From Calcarisporiella thermophila CBS 279.70 (lineage: Eukaryota > Fungi > Calcarisporiellomycota), in NCBI RefSeq assembly GCF_041956535.1, contig NW_027192196.1, positions 39,380 through 103,379 on the forward strand: 64,000 nucleotides of DNA, read 5' to 3'. This document shows positions 13,226 to 25,958 of the stretch, piece by piece. A program made the translations under genes and the position numbers. Positions within the stretch are counted from its first letter, which is position 1. Each line of letters begins with the position of its first letter. A model generated the notes under the pieces. The model saw only the letters and a list, made by a program, of their open reading frames with translations. It was not told the DNA's origin and did no database searches.

Positions 13226-13436
13226 ATAAATATTTATGAAGTTTCTCAGGACCTTCGGTATTGAATTTGAAATAAAGGTGTAAAATACTTGCCTTCGAAC
13301 CGCGTGACGTATATTTTTACGCGTTGAAATCATCGCAAATTCCTCGACTTATTCCGCATTTTATTTTACATTATTTCAAATACCATACAAACAAGTACTC
13401 CAATCTAATAATATCACCCTTAATTTCTTTATCTCA

Positions 13437-16177
13437 ATGGAATACGATGATTTCGGTCATCAAAATACGAACAGCATTAAAGACTATGAAATTGGCAAGC
13501 TAATAGGAAAAGGAGCATTTGGCCGAGTATACAAGGCGATTGGACGGCAAGGGCATTATGCTGGACAAGAGGTCGCGATTAAAATGGTAAATTGTATTCA
13601 TTACTTTGCTCCTGCCTATTTATTCCGTTACTGATATTTACTTTAAATTACACCTTTGGTTATTATTTTTCTTAACCGTTTAGATTGACAAGACACAGGC
13701 TCCTAATTTGAGAAAACGTATGAAGAGCGAGGTAGAAATTCATTGGAACCTACAACATCCCGCCATACTTTCTCTATACGATTATTTTGAAGATGCCACT
13801 CATATTTATCTGGTGATGGAATTGTGTGAAAAAGGAGAGCTTTACCAATACTTGCAAAAGCGGGCACTATTATCAGAAGCTGAAGCTCGCGGAGTGATGC
13901 GACGACTGGTCGAAGGATTAATGTATTTACATAGTCAAGGGATCGTACATAGAGATCTAAAATTGAGCAATATATTGTTGACTAAGGAGTATGAAGTGGT
14001 AAGTATCGAATTAGCATCTTCTCTATTCGGTTGTTTGATGTTGTATACCTATGTCTCCTCTAGAAAATCGCAGATTTTGGATTGGCGACAAGAGTAAGAG
14101 GTTCATCAGCAGAGCAGATAACGATGTGTGGGACGCCTAACTATATTTCTCCGTAAGCCATATTGGTACTTTTTCATCCAACCTAGATCTCATCTTTTAT
14201 ATTATATTATTCATTTTTTAGAGAAATATTGTCGAGACAACCCTATGGGCTTTCCACTGACGTATGGTCTCTTGGATGCATGCTGATAACCTTTCTTACA
14301 GGAAAGCCCCCCTTTGAGGTACTCTAATAATTTCTGCCTAATCTGCATGTTTCCTGCTTGACTAACTAGCCCTAACATTTACTAAATTATCTATTGAAAA
14401 AAAAAATTAACAGAGCAAAGAGATGAAGAATACACTCGAGAGAGTTCAGAAAGCAGATTATAAGATACCTAGTCATCTCTCTATCGAAGCCCGTGATTTG
14501 ATACACCGCATGCTTCAACCCGTATGCTATTACTCCACTTTGCTGCATCTTCTCATTGCGATTCATAACAATCTTGCCAAAACATCTCTGCTTTAGGACC
14601 CGAAACTTCGCCTTCCCCTCTCCCAGATCCTTATTCAGCCTTTTTTTGACTCGCATCGCAGTGTTATCCCTTTAAGCGATCCTGAACTTCTATTGGTAAG
14701 AACATTGACATCAGAGGAGCGCAAGGCGCGAGCTGAATTAGTACGCGCACAACAACAGCAGCATATGCTGGGCACCGGCAAATTTCGTCATCACTTTGAA
14801 GAGAACCAGGAGAGAATTGACCCAATTTCTCACAAAATATCTTGGCCGTCAGCCCAAGAGAGGGACTCTTTGCACTTGAATCCGATGAATGTTCACGAGA
14901 TCCAGAAGCTACCATCTATAATTACTGCAAATTCCACGACCATGACCAATGCTACTTCAACTGGAGTCACAAGCCCGGCTAAAGTGAACACCATTCGCCT
15001 CAAGCCTATCCGTCAGCAGACACGTCATGGTCGCGTTGAAATTCTGCCTAATAAGCGTGTGCTTGTTGATTTTTCGGATTCAAGGCATCCTATGATTATT
15101 TCCTCGGATGGTGAAGTAGTGGATGTGTATGAACGAGGGAGCGCGAGTGTGAAAGACTGGGCTTGGGAAAGCGCACAGCCACTAAGAACATATCGCTATA
15201 CAAATCTACCGCCCAAGCTAGCGAAACGCTACCGCTACGCTTGCCGCTTCATCGAGCTTATACGCAGCAAGACACCCAAGGTCATCTACTACTCCCCAAT
15301 GGCTAAGTGCATGCTAATGGAGCAACGGGATTTTGAGATGATTTGGCACAATGGGACTCGAATCCACCACTCCGTCACTAAGGACGTGCTTGAGATTAAA
15401 AAGGGTGAACAAGTACATCGACTCTCAACGCGAGAACGGACCCTATCAGTGAGTTCGGAGCTCGCCAGTCTACTGCAGCATGCAAAAGAGTGTTTGCGAC
15501 AATGTCTAGAGGCAGAGAGGACGGAATCGCACTTTCCGCATGTGTTTGGGAAAGACATCAATGCATCTAAAGCCGACCGTCCGCGGTCTCTTGATTATGG
15601 GCTGGGCAATGCAAGATGCGAAAAAGCAAGTGACTTAGGTAGGGGCGGTAGAGTTAATCCATGCGACAGAGAGAAGGAAAATGTATTTGGTGGACTAGTC
15701 AAGGGGAACACCATGGAACGAATCGCAAGATCTGGGTCCTTGAGCTCGCGAACTCCCGAGACGAAAATGCACGACAGCGGAGTTGCTGTCACGAATTTCT
15801 TAACAGCTACGTCTATTAGTTCCAATGTTCCCAAATATGGCTCTGCACCCTCGGCTTCATTCCCCTCTTCACTCAAATCCACCCGTGATTCCAACCCAAC
15901 AACCCCTTATGCGTCATCGCCTATATTCTACTTTATGGAAGGTATAGGATGGTGTTTCAAGCTCCCTGATGCATACTATCTTTGCCTTTCGGCGGGAGAT
16001 CGCCTCGAGATACACACGCGTCAGCATTCCGTGATCTATTATCCACGCGCAGGTGGAAAAGAGGAGTACTATCCGATTGATGAGTATCTACCGGATTATG
16101 TGGAGGAGAAACTGGCCGTGTTCCGAATATTTGCGCAAAAGTTTAACAGTGGGTCTGAGCCTCGTTGGTGGGTGTGA
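13437..16177 (+). CDS. PLK4: Polo-like kinase 4 (SAK/PLK4): kinase domain, cryptic polo boxes PB1-PB2, and PB3
   Basis: Kinase motifs [37 protein letters not shown]. Cryptic polo box [15 protein letters not shown]...IISSDGE...[40 protein letters not shown]...[11 protein letters not shown]3 FMEGIGWC...[15 protein letters not shown]. These match the hallmark PLK4 segments. Confidence 0.92.
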
Positions 16178-16631
16178 ATGGGTCGTCTTTATTTTTTTTT
16201 CTATCTGTACTTATATAATTTGGATTGCGCTGTTGCATTTTTTAGTGTTTTTCTCGTTGTTTGCTGTTCGTTTGTTAATTGTTTTTGATATTTGTTTATT
16301 TGATATCCTTGTTTATGTCCTGTAGACACACCCTCTAACATTCCCCTCCTTCATACCAAGCAAAAAAGAATACAAAAAAAATCTTTGTATTTATTTGAAA
16401 CAATAAAAATATAATATAAACTAAAGTATTTGTATGGCTACTTAGACTCTCGAAGGAGAGCGCAGAGGATAAAATTACTGAAAATAAAACGATGAAGATC
16501 CGAAGAACCCTATCCCGCTTCTATTCCCTTACATAACGCCTGGTTAAGAAAAAAAAAAAAAAAAAAGAAAAAGAAAAATAAAGATAAGAATGAAGCCCAG
16601 CTCGGACGGGATAGAATTCCTCGCGTTTCAT

Positions 16632-18046
16632 TTATTTGTCCATCTGCATATAGCTGTCCATCTCCGCGTCCAACTCTGCAGCAGACTTGGCCTGCTTGCG
16701 ATCACCCCCTCCTCGACGTCTACCACCACGACCTCCGCGCCCACCTCTGCCACGACCTGTCGGGCGCCCACCTCTGCCACCAGTCTTCGGGGCATTGGCC
16801 GCTGCGGGCGCCACCTGTGTAGGAACCATCATGTTCATAACGGCAGAACCTGGGTTGAGCACCATTTCGATCTTCATTGGGCGACCTAGAAAAACGTCGA
16901 ATAACCCCGGTCAATGACATATAGCTACGGATGAGGAGCTGATGCGGAATTACCATCAAGTGTCACGTTGTGGAACTTGTCGAAGGCCTTGGCGGCATCT
17001 CCAGCACGCTGGAACACAACGGATGCAGTGCCCTTGCTACGCCCGTTCTGGTCATAATTGAGATTCACCTTGCGAAGTGGGCCGATTTGTGTGCTGAAGA
17101 GCTCCTGCGGTTGGTTGGATCAATGGGTAGGAGAAAAAAAATAAAGGAAAAATGTATGAATGAGGGTTCGAACCAAGATATACGGAAAAAAGATGAGAGG
17201 AAAGTGAGTATGGACGACGCAGAAAGGTTGAGGGAGAAGGAAGGAGGGAGAAGGAAGGAGGGAGAAGGGAGGAGGGAGAAGGGAGGAGGGAGAAGGGAGA
17301 GGGGAGAAGGGAGAAGGGGAGGGGAGGGGAAAAGAGAGGAGTAAGTTTGGGTATCGAAGGTGGAGGTATCAAAAAATAGGGGGATAGGTATTAATCAAAT
17401 CTAAGTAGGATAAGGGGATATCATTTTTCCTAATCTTCTTCTCAAATGTTACCACAATGGCTTTGTTCGTTCGTGATCAGCTCACAGGCAGCCATGACTC
17501 ATATCCACTAGACGCATGTTGCGGATCCAGATAGATGATCACACGAACGAGACATTGCACGAACCAGAACAGCCTTCGGAGGATTTCTTTTTTCCCCAAA
17601 TCTGATGATCAGAGATGATGGGGAAAAATTTGCAGAGGGGTGATAGAAAGGAAGAAGGAAAGAAGAGAGGAAGGAGGAGGGGAAGGAATCGTCGTCTGGG
17701 GTTGCCAAACTCACTCTCCGGTATTCGGACATCATACACACACACGCAAGCATAAAATCTGAGATTTAACTACCTTGAGATCCGTTTCTGTTACATCAAA
17801 ATGCAGATTAGAGATGACAATTTTTGAACCTTCGCCCGCAGCAAGCTGTTGTTGTTGAGCGGCAATCACTTGGCTTGGCATCGAATACGGGGCTGCGCGT
17901 TGTCCGGGGCGGAAAGGTTTAACAGCGGAGCGCTTGTTCACCCCACGACGGGGGCTGCGGCCAGGTGCAGGCCGCTTATTAACTGCCCTACGTTGAGCTT
18001 TGTCATTAGTGATAATATCATCAAGGGACATATCAAGGCTGGCCAT
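16632..18046 (-). CDS. YRA1: mRNA export adaptor Yra1/ALYREF (THO4), 3 exons
   Basis: N-terminal UBM MASLDMSLDDII, RRM (SKIVISNLHFDVTETDLKELF...YDQNGRSKGTASVVF), RGG region and C-terminal KSAAELDAEMDSYM. Intron 1 is 17105-17773. Confidence 0.93.
17228..17340. repeat. Purine-only GGAGGGAGAA-type low-complexity tract in YRA1 intron 1
   Basis: Run of GGAGGGAGAA-like units; a C/U-rich tract on the transcribed minus strand. Confidence 0.85.
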
Positions 18047-18338
18047 GATGGAGTTGTGTGAGTTCAGGAAAGAATAGGGAAAAAAAGGATGAAAAGCAGA
18101 GATCAGCACTACTTGTTATTTTATGAGCATAAAAAATATTGGCGACCGAAGACGTCATCAGTTTGCCCTCAACTTAAATCACAAAGTATCAATATTGGAG
18201 TAACGACAAATTGTTTCGACTCATATGCTTTTTTCATTCTATAAGTTGAGCGGACGCGTCCATTTCCCAACCCCTCGTATTTCACTTTCACTCTCCTATT
18301 CAACAGTACAACCTCTTAGCGTGTGCTTGTACCGCACC

Positions 18339-21300
18339 ATGGCAACATCCTCTCAACCGCAGCAGCCCGAGTGGCACCAACCCAAAGTTACAGTCGAGTC
18401 TCCGAGACTAAAGCTCTTCAACTCGCTCACTCGCAGCAAGGTACCTCCTACCGCCCTCTCTCTCTCGGCTTGACGCTGACTTTAACTGTGACGGTTGTCT
18501 TATGGGTCTATCCAATTTGCTTTTAACAGAATGAATTTCAGCCGGCTAAGGGAAAGCAGGTCACATGGTACAACTGTGGACCGACCGTATATGATGCAAG
18601 CCATATGGGGCATGCAAGGTAAGTTTTGGCTATTCTTAGCCTAATACAAGTGTATCTAGCTTACCGCCCAAACACCTACCCGATTCATAGAACCTACCTC
18701 ACCATGGATATCATACGCCGCATCTTACAGAGCTATTTTGGCTATGATGTATTTATGGTTATGAATATCACGGATATCGATGACAAGGTTGGCACTTTTC
18801 CTCCCGGATTATCTCTGCTATCCTCCAGAGAACTTAAGCTATTTTTCATATATAGATTATTTTGCGAGCAAGGCAAAACCATCTCTTTCAGAAGCTTAAA
18901 TCCACTACAACGGTGCTTTCTGAGGATATCATCAACCGCATAGAAACAGCGTGGGTCGAATTTGCCCGTTCTAAACTCCCCCTCCCGCCCGGCTGCGAAT
19001 GGCAGCTTTCTCACTGGAAATCCTTCCAAGAGAGGATGGACGCCAATGATCGAGCGGAGGCCAAGAGTGCTGCACTAACTGAACCTAAATTCCCTATGTA
19101 TTTTACTGCATTGGTAACCAGATTTTCTCTTTTATACTTTTTACCCCTACTAATAATTTTGTCTCCATCTACATTAGAAAACCTCCTTTGAAGCACTGTC
19201 CGCGGCAAAAGATGCCCTTAGCAAAGGTGACCGATCAAAGGAGATTGTAGACACTTTATTAGAGAACTCACGGGATGTGATCTCACCGCTCCTTGACAAA
19301 GAGGTTATTTTTTACACACTACTGGTCTAGTGATTTATTGAGTTGATTTTCTAACCTACCTACCATGATTAGGAAGGAGCAACCGTGACGGACCCCAAGA
19401 TTTTCCGAGACACCGCTGCTTACTGGGAAAATGAGTTTATGAAGGATATGGAGGCCCTCAACGTGCAGCCCGTCGATGTGTTGACACGTGTGAGCGAATA
19501 CGTTCCTGAAATCGTGACTTATATTGAAAAGATTATTGCCAATGGATATGCGTTAGTATTGATATGTTGAGTAGAAAGTAGCCATCCGCTTACCTTCCTT
19601 TTAAATTATATTATAGTTATGAAGCGGAAGGCTCAATTTATTTTGATACCACTGCTTTCGATGCAAAGCCAGAACACCACTACGCAAAGCTTGAGCCCTG
19701 GTCTCGTGGGAATATGAGCCTCATCGAGGAAGGAGAAGGTGCGACATTTTTTTTTTCAAACCCATTTTCAAGGCGCACTTCTAATTCCTATATCTACTAG
19801 GCTCACTCGGATCTAAACTTCAGGGCAAAAAGAACGCTTCTGACTTTGCATTGTGGAAAAAGTCAAAACCCGGAGAACCCGCTTGGCCCAGTCCTTGGGG
19901 TGCAGGACGACCGGGATGGCATATTGAATGCTCTGTCATGGCAAGGTATTGAAAAACGTTGCTGCTCTCCAAATCATGTTTTTTAACTTTTTTTCTATAT
20001 TTTCAGTGAGGTGCTGGGTTCCAACTTGGATATCCATTCAGGTGGAAGCGATCTAGCATTCCCTCACCATGACAATGAACTAGCTCAGTCTGAGGTCAGT
20101 GTTCTTCGTTGTGGATCTTCTGATAGGAACTATATATATTTTTCTATATTCTAGGCATATCATGGCTGCCCACAGTGGGTCAATTACTTCTTGCACGCCG
20201 GACATCTCCACATCGAAGGCCAGAAAATGTCGAAGAGTTTGAAAAACTTCATCTCTATTAGAGTTAGTTTTTCTCATAATTGTATATCGATAAATCTTTC
20301 TCCCATTTACAACTATTATCATTCAGGAAGCGTTGAAGAAGTATAGCAGTCGTCAGATTAGAATGTTGTTCCTCATGTATCAATGGAATGCTCGTTTGGA
20401 CTTTGGCGATTCCAGCATGACAGAAACTATCAGTGTGGAAACAGCTCTTAACGTAATTATTGAAAATGGGCCTTCTCCCGCCCTTTGCTCCTCAGTACTG
20501 ACCTACCTATTTTATGTCATATTGAACGCTATAGAACTTCTTTACGAATGTCAAGGCTATTGTTGCTGAACACCGCTCCCAGGGACTGCACGTGCTTTCG
20601 GAGGGAAGTCACCAGTATCGCAAAGATGAAAAGGGACTTATGGACACGTAGGACTTTTGATTACTATATAAAAAAAATGGTTGGGAAAATGCTAATATAG
20701 ATCTCTAATATTTGTGACATACTTTATAGACTCTTGGAGAAGCAGCGGCTCGTCCATCTGGCCCTCTGCGATAACCTCAACACCCCTGCTGTGATCTCGG
20801 AAATCATGGATCTTGTCTCTACTACCAACGTATATCTGAAGCGCGGCCGACGCGAATTGAACGTGCCAGTGGTGGAGAAGGTGGCAAGATGGATCACCTC
20901 ACTCATGAAGACCTTCGGTCTCGCGGACGAAGGGGCCACCATTGGATGGGGAAATGTGGGCGAAAATGGAGTAGGCAATACTGAGGAGCTGGTGCTGCCG
21001 TATGCGAGAGCCCTATCCGCCTTCCGCGATAACGTGCGCAAGATTGCCATTGCCAAAGGAGGTAAATCCATCTCAGCTTATCATGAGTTAGAATAGTAAA
21101 CCTAAGTTCACACTTCTACATAACCAGATCATAAGGAGCTCCTTGCCCTCTCCGATAGGCTTCGTGACGTAGACTGCGTGGAGCTCGGAGTCCTTCTTGA
21201 CGATCAGGAAGACGGCAAAGCCCTTGTCAAACTCGTTCCCAAAGAAGAGCTTCTACAGGCTCGTGAGCAGAAGCTTGCCCTTGAAGCACAGCGCGCCGCA

Positions 21301-21567
21301 AAGGCACTTGCCCAGCAGCAAGAGCGTGAGCGAAAGCGCATCGAGAAACTAGAAAAGGGCCGTGTTCCACCAGAGCAGATGTTCCGCGAGCGAACGGATG
21401 AATTCTCCAAGTTTGATGAGCAGGGATTGCCCACCCATGATGCAGAGGGACAAGAAATCACCAAAAGTCGGTCCAAGAAGCTACTGAAGGAGTGGACCGC
21501 GCAGCGTAAATTGCACGAAGAGTTCCTTGCTTGGCAGGTACAGGAGCAAAAGACGTCCTCCAACTAA
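18339..21567 (+). CDS. CARS1: Cytosolic cysteinyl-tRNA synthetase, multi-exon
   Basis: [75 protein letters not shown], and C-terminal [16 protein letters not shown]. Confidence 0.96.
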
Positions 21568-22004
21568 TAGACTGTTGGGAGATATACTGGTCTTTTATAA
21601 ATTGCAATCTATGTGTGAAATCATCCAAGCTTGTTTTATTAGCGGACAGCTCTTCTTGTATGGTCATTTTAGCACGGGCAACTATAATTCTTTCGGTTGT
21701 TTAGGGTGGAACTTGAGTGTGTCTATGGCTAAGGGTCTTTTATTTTTCTTTGCCTAATCATTAGATTAATAATCTTGCCAACTTGAGTTATTGAGTCAAT
21801 AAATTGTTTCTTTTTCTAGCATTTGCCATCCCCCCAAGTACATAGACTTATTGGATCATGTGAAATCGAGAAAAAGGTTAGTTGCGCCGGTTGCCTTTTT
21901 CACTCTTCACTTTCTCAGTTCAAATTTTGCAGTCACAACTATATGAAAGGGAGTGGCAAAGTATTTCTCTCCTTGCTACACTTTAGTTAGAATTCGTTTC
22001 AATT

Positions 22005-23669
22005 ATGACATCTCAACTTCAAAAGGATATGCTCAAAATGCGCACAAAGCTCTCATCCATGCCTCCTCCCTCTTCCTATGATGAAGACGAGTCCAATCTC
22101 GAAATGCCCTCCCCTCTTGGAGCGTAAGACAACGGTTTATCGAAGCATTGAATGGAATATATGTAGTTGAGCTTTTTACCCTTTAATATACCTTTCAATT
22201 TAGCACCTTACACAGGCCGAGATCATCAAAGAATTATTCACCGTTGTCTTGGGAGGGGCATTTCGATGAGTGTGAAGATTTGCAAATTCCTGGAACGCAG
22301 GATATATCCTTTTTTTTTCTTACTAACCAATAACACAATTGTATATGGTGTAAAACAAAAATATATGCCTTGACATAACATCTTCACATCTTTAGATTTT
22401 ATCGCGTACGCGGCAAAATATCGGATCCACTGTACATTTTCCACCATGGTGCTGGTCACTCCGCTCTCTCTTTTGGTCTTGTTTCCTTACATATGAAGCA
22501 AATGGCGCCGGAAGGAGGATTCTCCATACTGGCGTATGACTGCCGGGGCCATGGCAAGTTTTTCATCCTTGTCACTACAATCCGATAGCTGTGCCTTCAT
22601 TGAATAGATATTTTATCATAGGCTTGACAAAGACTTCGGAAGATAATGACTTTTCACTCACCCGCCTTGCCCATGATCTTGTCACCATTGTCAAAACAAT
22701 ATATAAAGACGAGATTCCCGATATAATTCTTGTCGGCCACAGGTATAAAACATTCTCACGGATATACTGTCCGAGTTAAAGAAGTCCTTATGCTCTACCA
22801 CTGTCTCACAAACAGCATGGGCGGTAGCGTCATCACAGAGGTAGCACACAAACGACTCCTGCCCTCCATTTTGGGCTTCGCGGTGCTGGATATCGTGGAA
22901 GGGTCGGCCATGTATGCAATGAAAAATATAAACGCATATATAAACTCCCGACCCACCGAATTTCAGTCAATGGAGCAGGCCATCAAATGGATGTAAGTTC
23001 CCTCGATGACCCCCCTATGCCAAATCTTCTTCCTATCTATTGCATATACTGCTAGGGTGCGCTCGGGGACAGTCCATAACGTTGAGTCCGCAAGACTTTC
23101 TGTTCCACCACTCCTTGTGGAAAATGCTGTAGGTAACTACGCGTGGCGGACAGACCTTAACTACTCAAGGCCTTTTTGGACTGGTGGGTATAAGCTGCCG
23201 TTCTTTTAGATCTCTCTGTATTGATATTGGAGGCGGCATATATCTATAGAGTGGTTCCAAGGGCTATCGGATAAATTTTTGAATGCCCAAGGTGCCAAGC
23301 TACTTATACTAGCTAGTAAGTCTTTTCTCATGCTCTTTTAATAAGATATAATGAGGCATTAACGATGGCTCCTTTTTTTCCTTTAAGGCACGGACTATTT
23401 AGATAAAGAACTCATGATTGGACAAATGCAAGGTAGTTTGGCATTCTCCTTTCTCCCTAAATCCATTTTCTTTCCTCTTAAGCTGCGTTGATAAAATCGA
23501 CTTACTCCTCTCACTTCTGTTATTTGCAGGCAAGTTTCAATTGATTGTCTTCTCCAATTGCGGCCACGCCGTCGAAGAAGATGACCCGGAACGCATGGCT
23601 TCTACTCTGCTGGATTTCATGCGTCGAAATCAACGCCTCGTCTTGCCTAAAAAAGTTCCACTACCCTGA
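22005..23669 (+). CDS. PPE1: Protein phosphatase 2A methylesterase 1 (PME-1), multi-exon
   Basis: HHGAGHSALSF, YDCRGHG, VGHSMGG nucleophile elbow, LDIVEGSA, LDKELMIGQMQGKFQL, CGHAVEEDDP. Confidence 0.93.
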
Positions 23670-24046
23670 TAGAGCAAAGAGCTTTCCCTTATTTAATTAC
23701 TCTTTCCCCCTTTTCGACCAACAAACTTCAAACTACCCATTGGATTTAGCATGGGAACGATGGAGGAGCAGGGCATCTCCTCAGACTTTTTATTTTTGCG
23801 AAATAGTATGATTACCTAACTAAATAGATCAATGCAGGAAACAAAGAAATAGATCGGAGTTATTAGGAAAATGGAGCGGTAAATAGAAATAACAATCAGG
23901 TGGAAATCTTAAGAATACATAGAGAGTGTGTAGATAAAATAGAAGAATAAAAGGGGGACCATGATTAAACTAAGTATAGTGAAATCGCACCAAGCGACCA
24001 CATGGGGCAAAACAAATTATGGCTTCTCTATCTCTATGTCTTGTTT

Positions 24047-25519
24047 CTACTTGTCTGCCGTTGCCTCAGCTGCAGCAGGCTTGGCTTCCGAGACCGCTGG
24101 TTCCTCTCCTTTTTCTGCGGACGGATTCGATTCTATCGCGGCGTCGGGGCGTGATTCTTCGGTGGCTTTCGCTTGAACAGGCAACTCTTCAGGTTTGGAG
24201 ACAGTTCGAGGCTGCTCTTGCTCAGGCTTCTTGTCTTTGGCACCCTTTTCTAGTTCGGGAACCACACCTTTTCCTCCATAGAGCGTTGGCAACTCCTCCT
24301 CTGGAACCTGGTCAAGTAACAATTGACGCTCCTTGGGGTCGCCGGCTGCGCACATGATAAACTTGCGGCGTGTTTCCTCCGAAATGAGATTGAGCGACGA
24401 CAGCCAGTTGAAAACAAGGGCGGCCCACTTGGGGAAGCGAATGAAATATTTCTTGTGCTAAGAGAGATGAACCAAATGAAAAAAGAGTGAGAAACATATT
24501 AGAGAGCCACCCTCCTTCAGGATACACTTACAAGGAACTCGGGGTAGTTGTCTTGCATGAGCTTGATGACTTGGCTCGTCGCTTCTTTGGATTGTTTGCT
24601 GCGTCCAAAGAAGCTGAGCAGGCTGACGCCGTCATAGTCGTGGACTAAAAAACAGGCGAGTGAGTAGGTGGTGACGAAACAATAGCAACCATCTCTTTGT
24701 TCCCCTCGACTTCCTCTTCCATCTCATATGAAAGGAGGATATTACGAGATATTTACCTTGTATCATGCTGTCGATATTGACAAAATCAATCGCTCGGACG
24801 CCACGCTCCATCAACTGCACGCGCCATCTCAAGAAAGTGTCCAAGTTCCCGAACACCTTCTTCTCGTCCATATTACCATAGCGGTTGTAGGTCACCGGCC
24901 TGCCATCCTTATCCTTACCGTGCAAAAATCCGACTCCATTAAAGTAGTCGGGGAATTCCTCATTGAGGATTTCGTCTGCGCGGAAATTGCGGCGCCAGAT
25001 AAGGGTTTGGCGCAGCTGGTCGGCGGCGGCATCCAGATCGAACTGGCGGGCACGCGCAAACTTTACGAGAATAACATCAAGGCGAGGATCGTTGGCGCTG
25101 GTATCGAGCGGGACACCCCAGAGTTGGGTTGTAGGCGTTTCATTCTCCTTCTCAGCCGTAGCTTTGAGAATTTCGGGGAGCTTCTTTTTAAGAGCAGCCA
25201 CCGCGGAGCGTTCTTACATAGGGGAGGGTGAGAAGATAAAATCAGCTTGCATGATTTGGGAATCTTTTTTCAGCTTATTTACCCTGTGGAGTGAATAATT
25301 TCACGAACCTTTGGAGAAAAACCCGAGTGGAATAGTACAATTAAACATCTGCAGTAAGGATGACAAATCCGACATTTTCGAAACTTACTTGTTTTCTGGC
25401 GACGGTCCTTCTTGAGGAAGCGTAGCAGCAGGCTGGGATTCCTCCACTGTCTGCTTAGCTTCGGTCTGAAGCTCAGGGGCTGGCTCAGTGTTGGTGATTT
25501 CTTGCTGCTCAGTGGTCAT
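24047..25519 (-). CDS. SFH5: Sec14/CRAL-TRIO phosphatidylinositol transfer protein (SFH5/patellin-like)
   Basis: LWGVPL...DVILVKFARARQFDL, GKDKDGRPVTYNRYG, FLRWRVQLME, LMQDNYPEFL, ISEETRRKF. Confidence 0.85.
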
Positions 25520-25958
25520 GGCGAGAAGGGGAGCGGGTTTATTGATCAATAAAAACACAATCCCGTTTGGTCGAAAGGTTAAGAAAACGAAACGAAACAC
25601 GTCGAAGATTCATTATGAATCTCGTACGAGAAAAAATTGAGCCAAGATCACTAAGCCATATTAAAATCTCGAAAGTCTATTCTTTCTAATGTACGTCAAA
25701 CCGACCATAAATTCGATTAGAAGGTCGACGCAAGGTAAGGGGGGGGGGGGGGAGAGGTGGCAAAATACATATCATAAATATATATATATCATGGTAAATA
25801 GGTGAATTAACAGGCAAGCCTGTCGGGAGTGGAGGAAAGAAATAGAATAAAATAGTATATAACATAACAAACTTAAATGCAAGAAGCAACATAAGACGAG
25901 AAGTGGGAGAAATGGAGGTATAAATAGGTATCAAGAGGGGAGGAGCCCGCCCGGAAGT

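Noticed and set aside
16970-17372. 124-aa and 106-aa ORFs rich in G/R/E or P/S/L
   Set aside because: Artefacts of the purine tract in the YRA1 intron.
17494-17502. Perfect Gcn4-type ATGACTCAT ~840 bp upstream of the CysRS ATG
   Set aside because: A single distant site inside another gene's intron; chance cannot be excluded.
20724-21563. Long antisense ORFs over CysRS (and similar ones over the GT32, USP, RAD50 and SLC41 genes)
   Set aside because: Shadow frames of GC-rich coding sequence.
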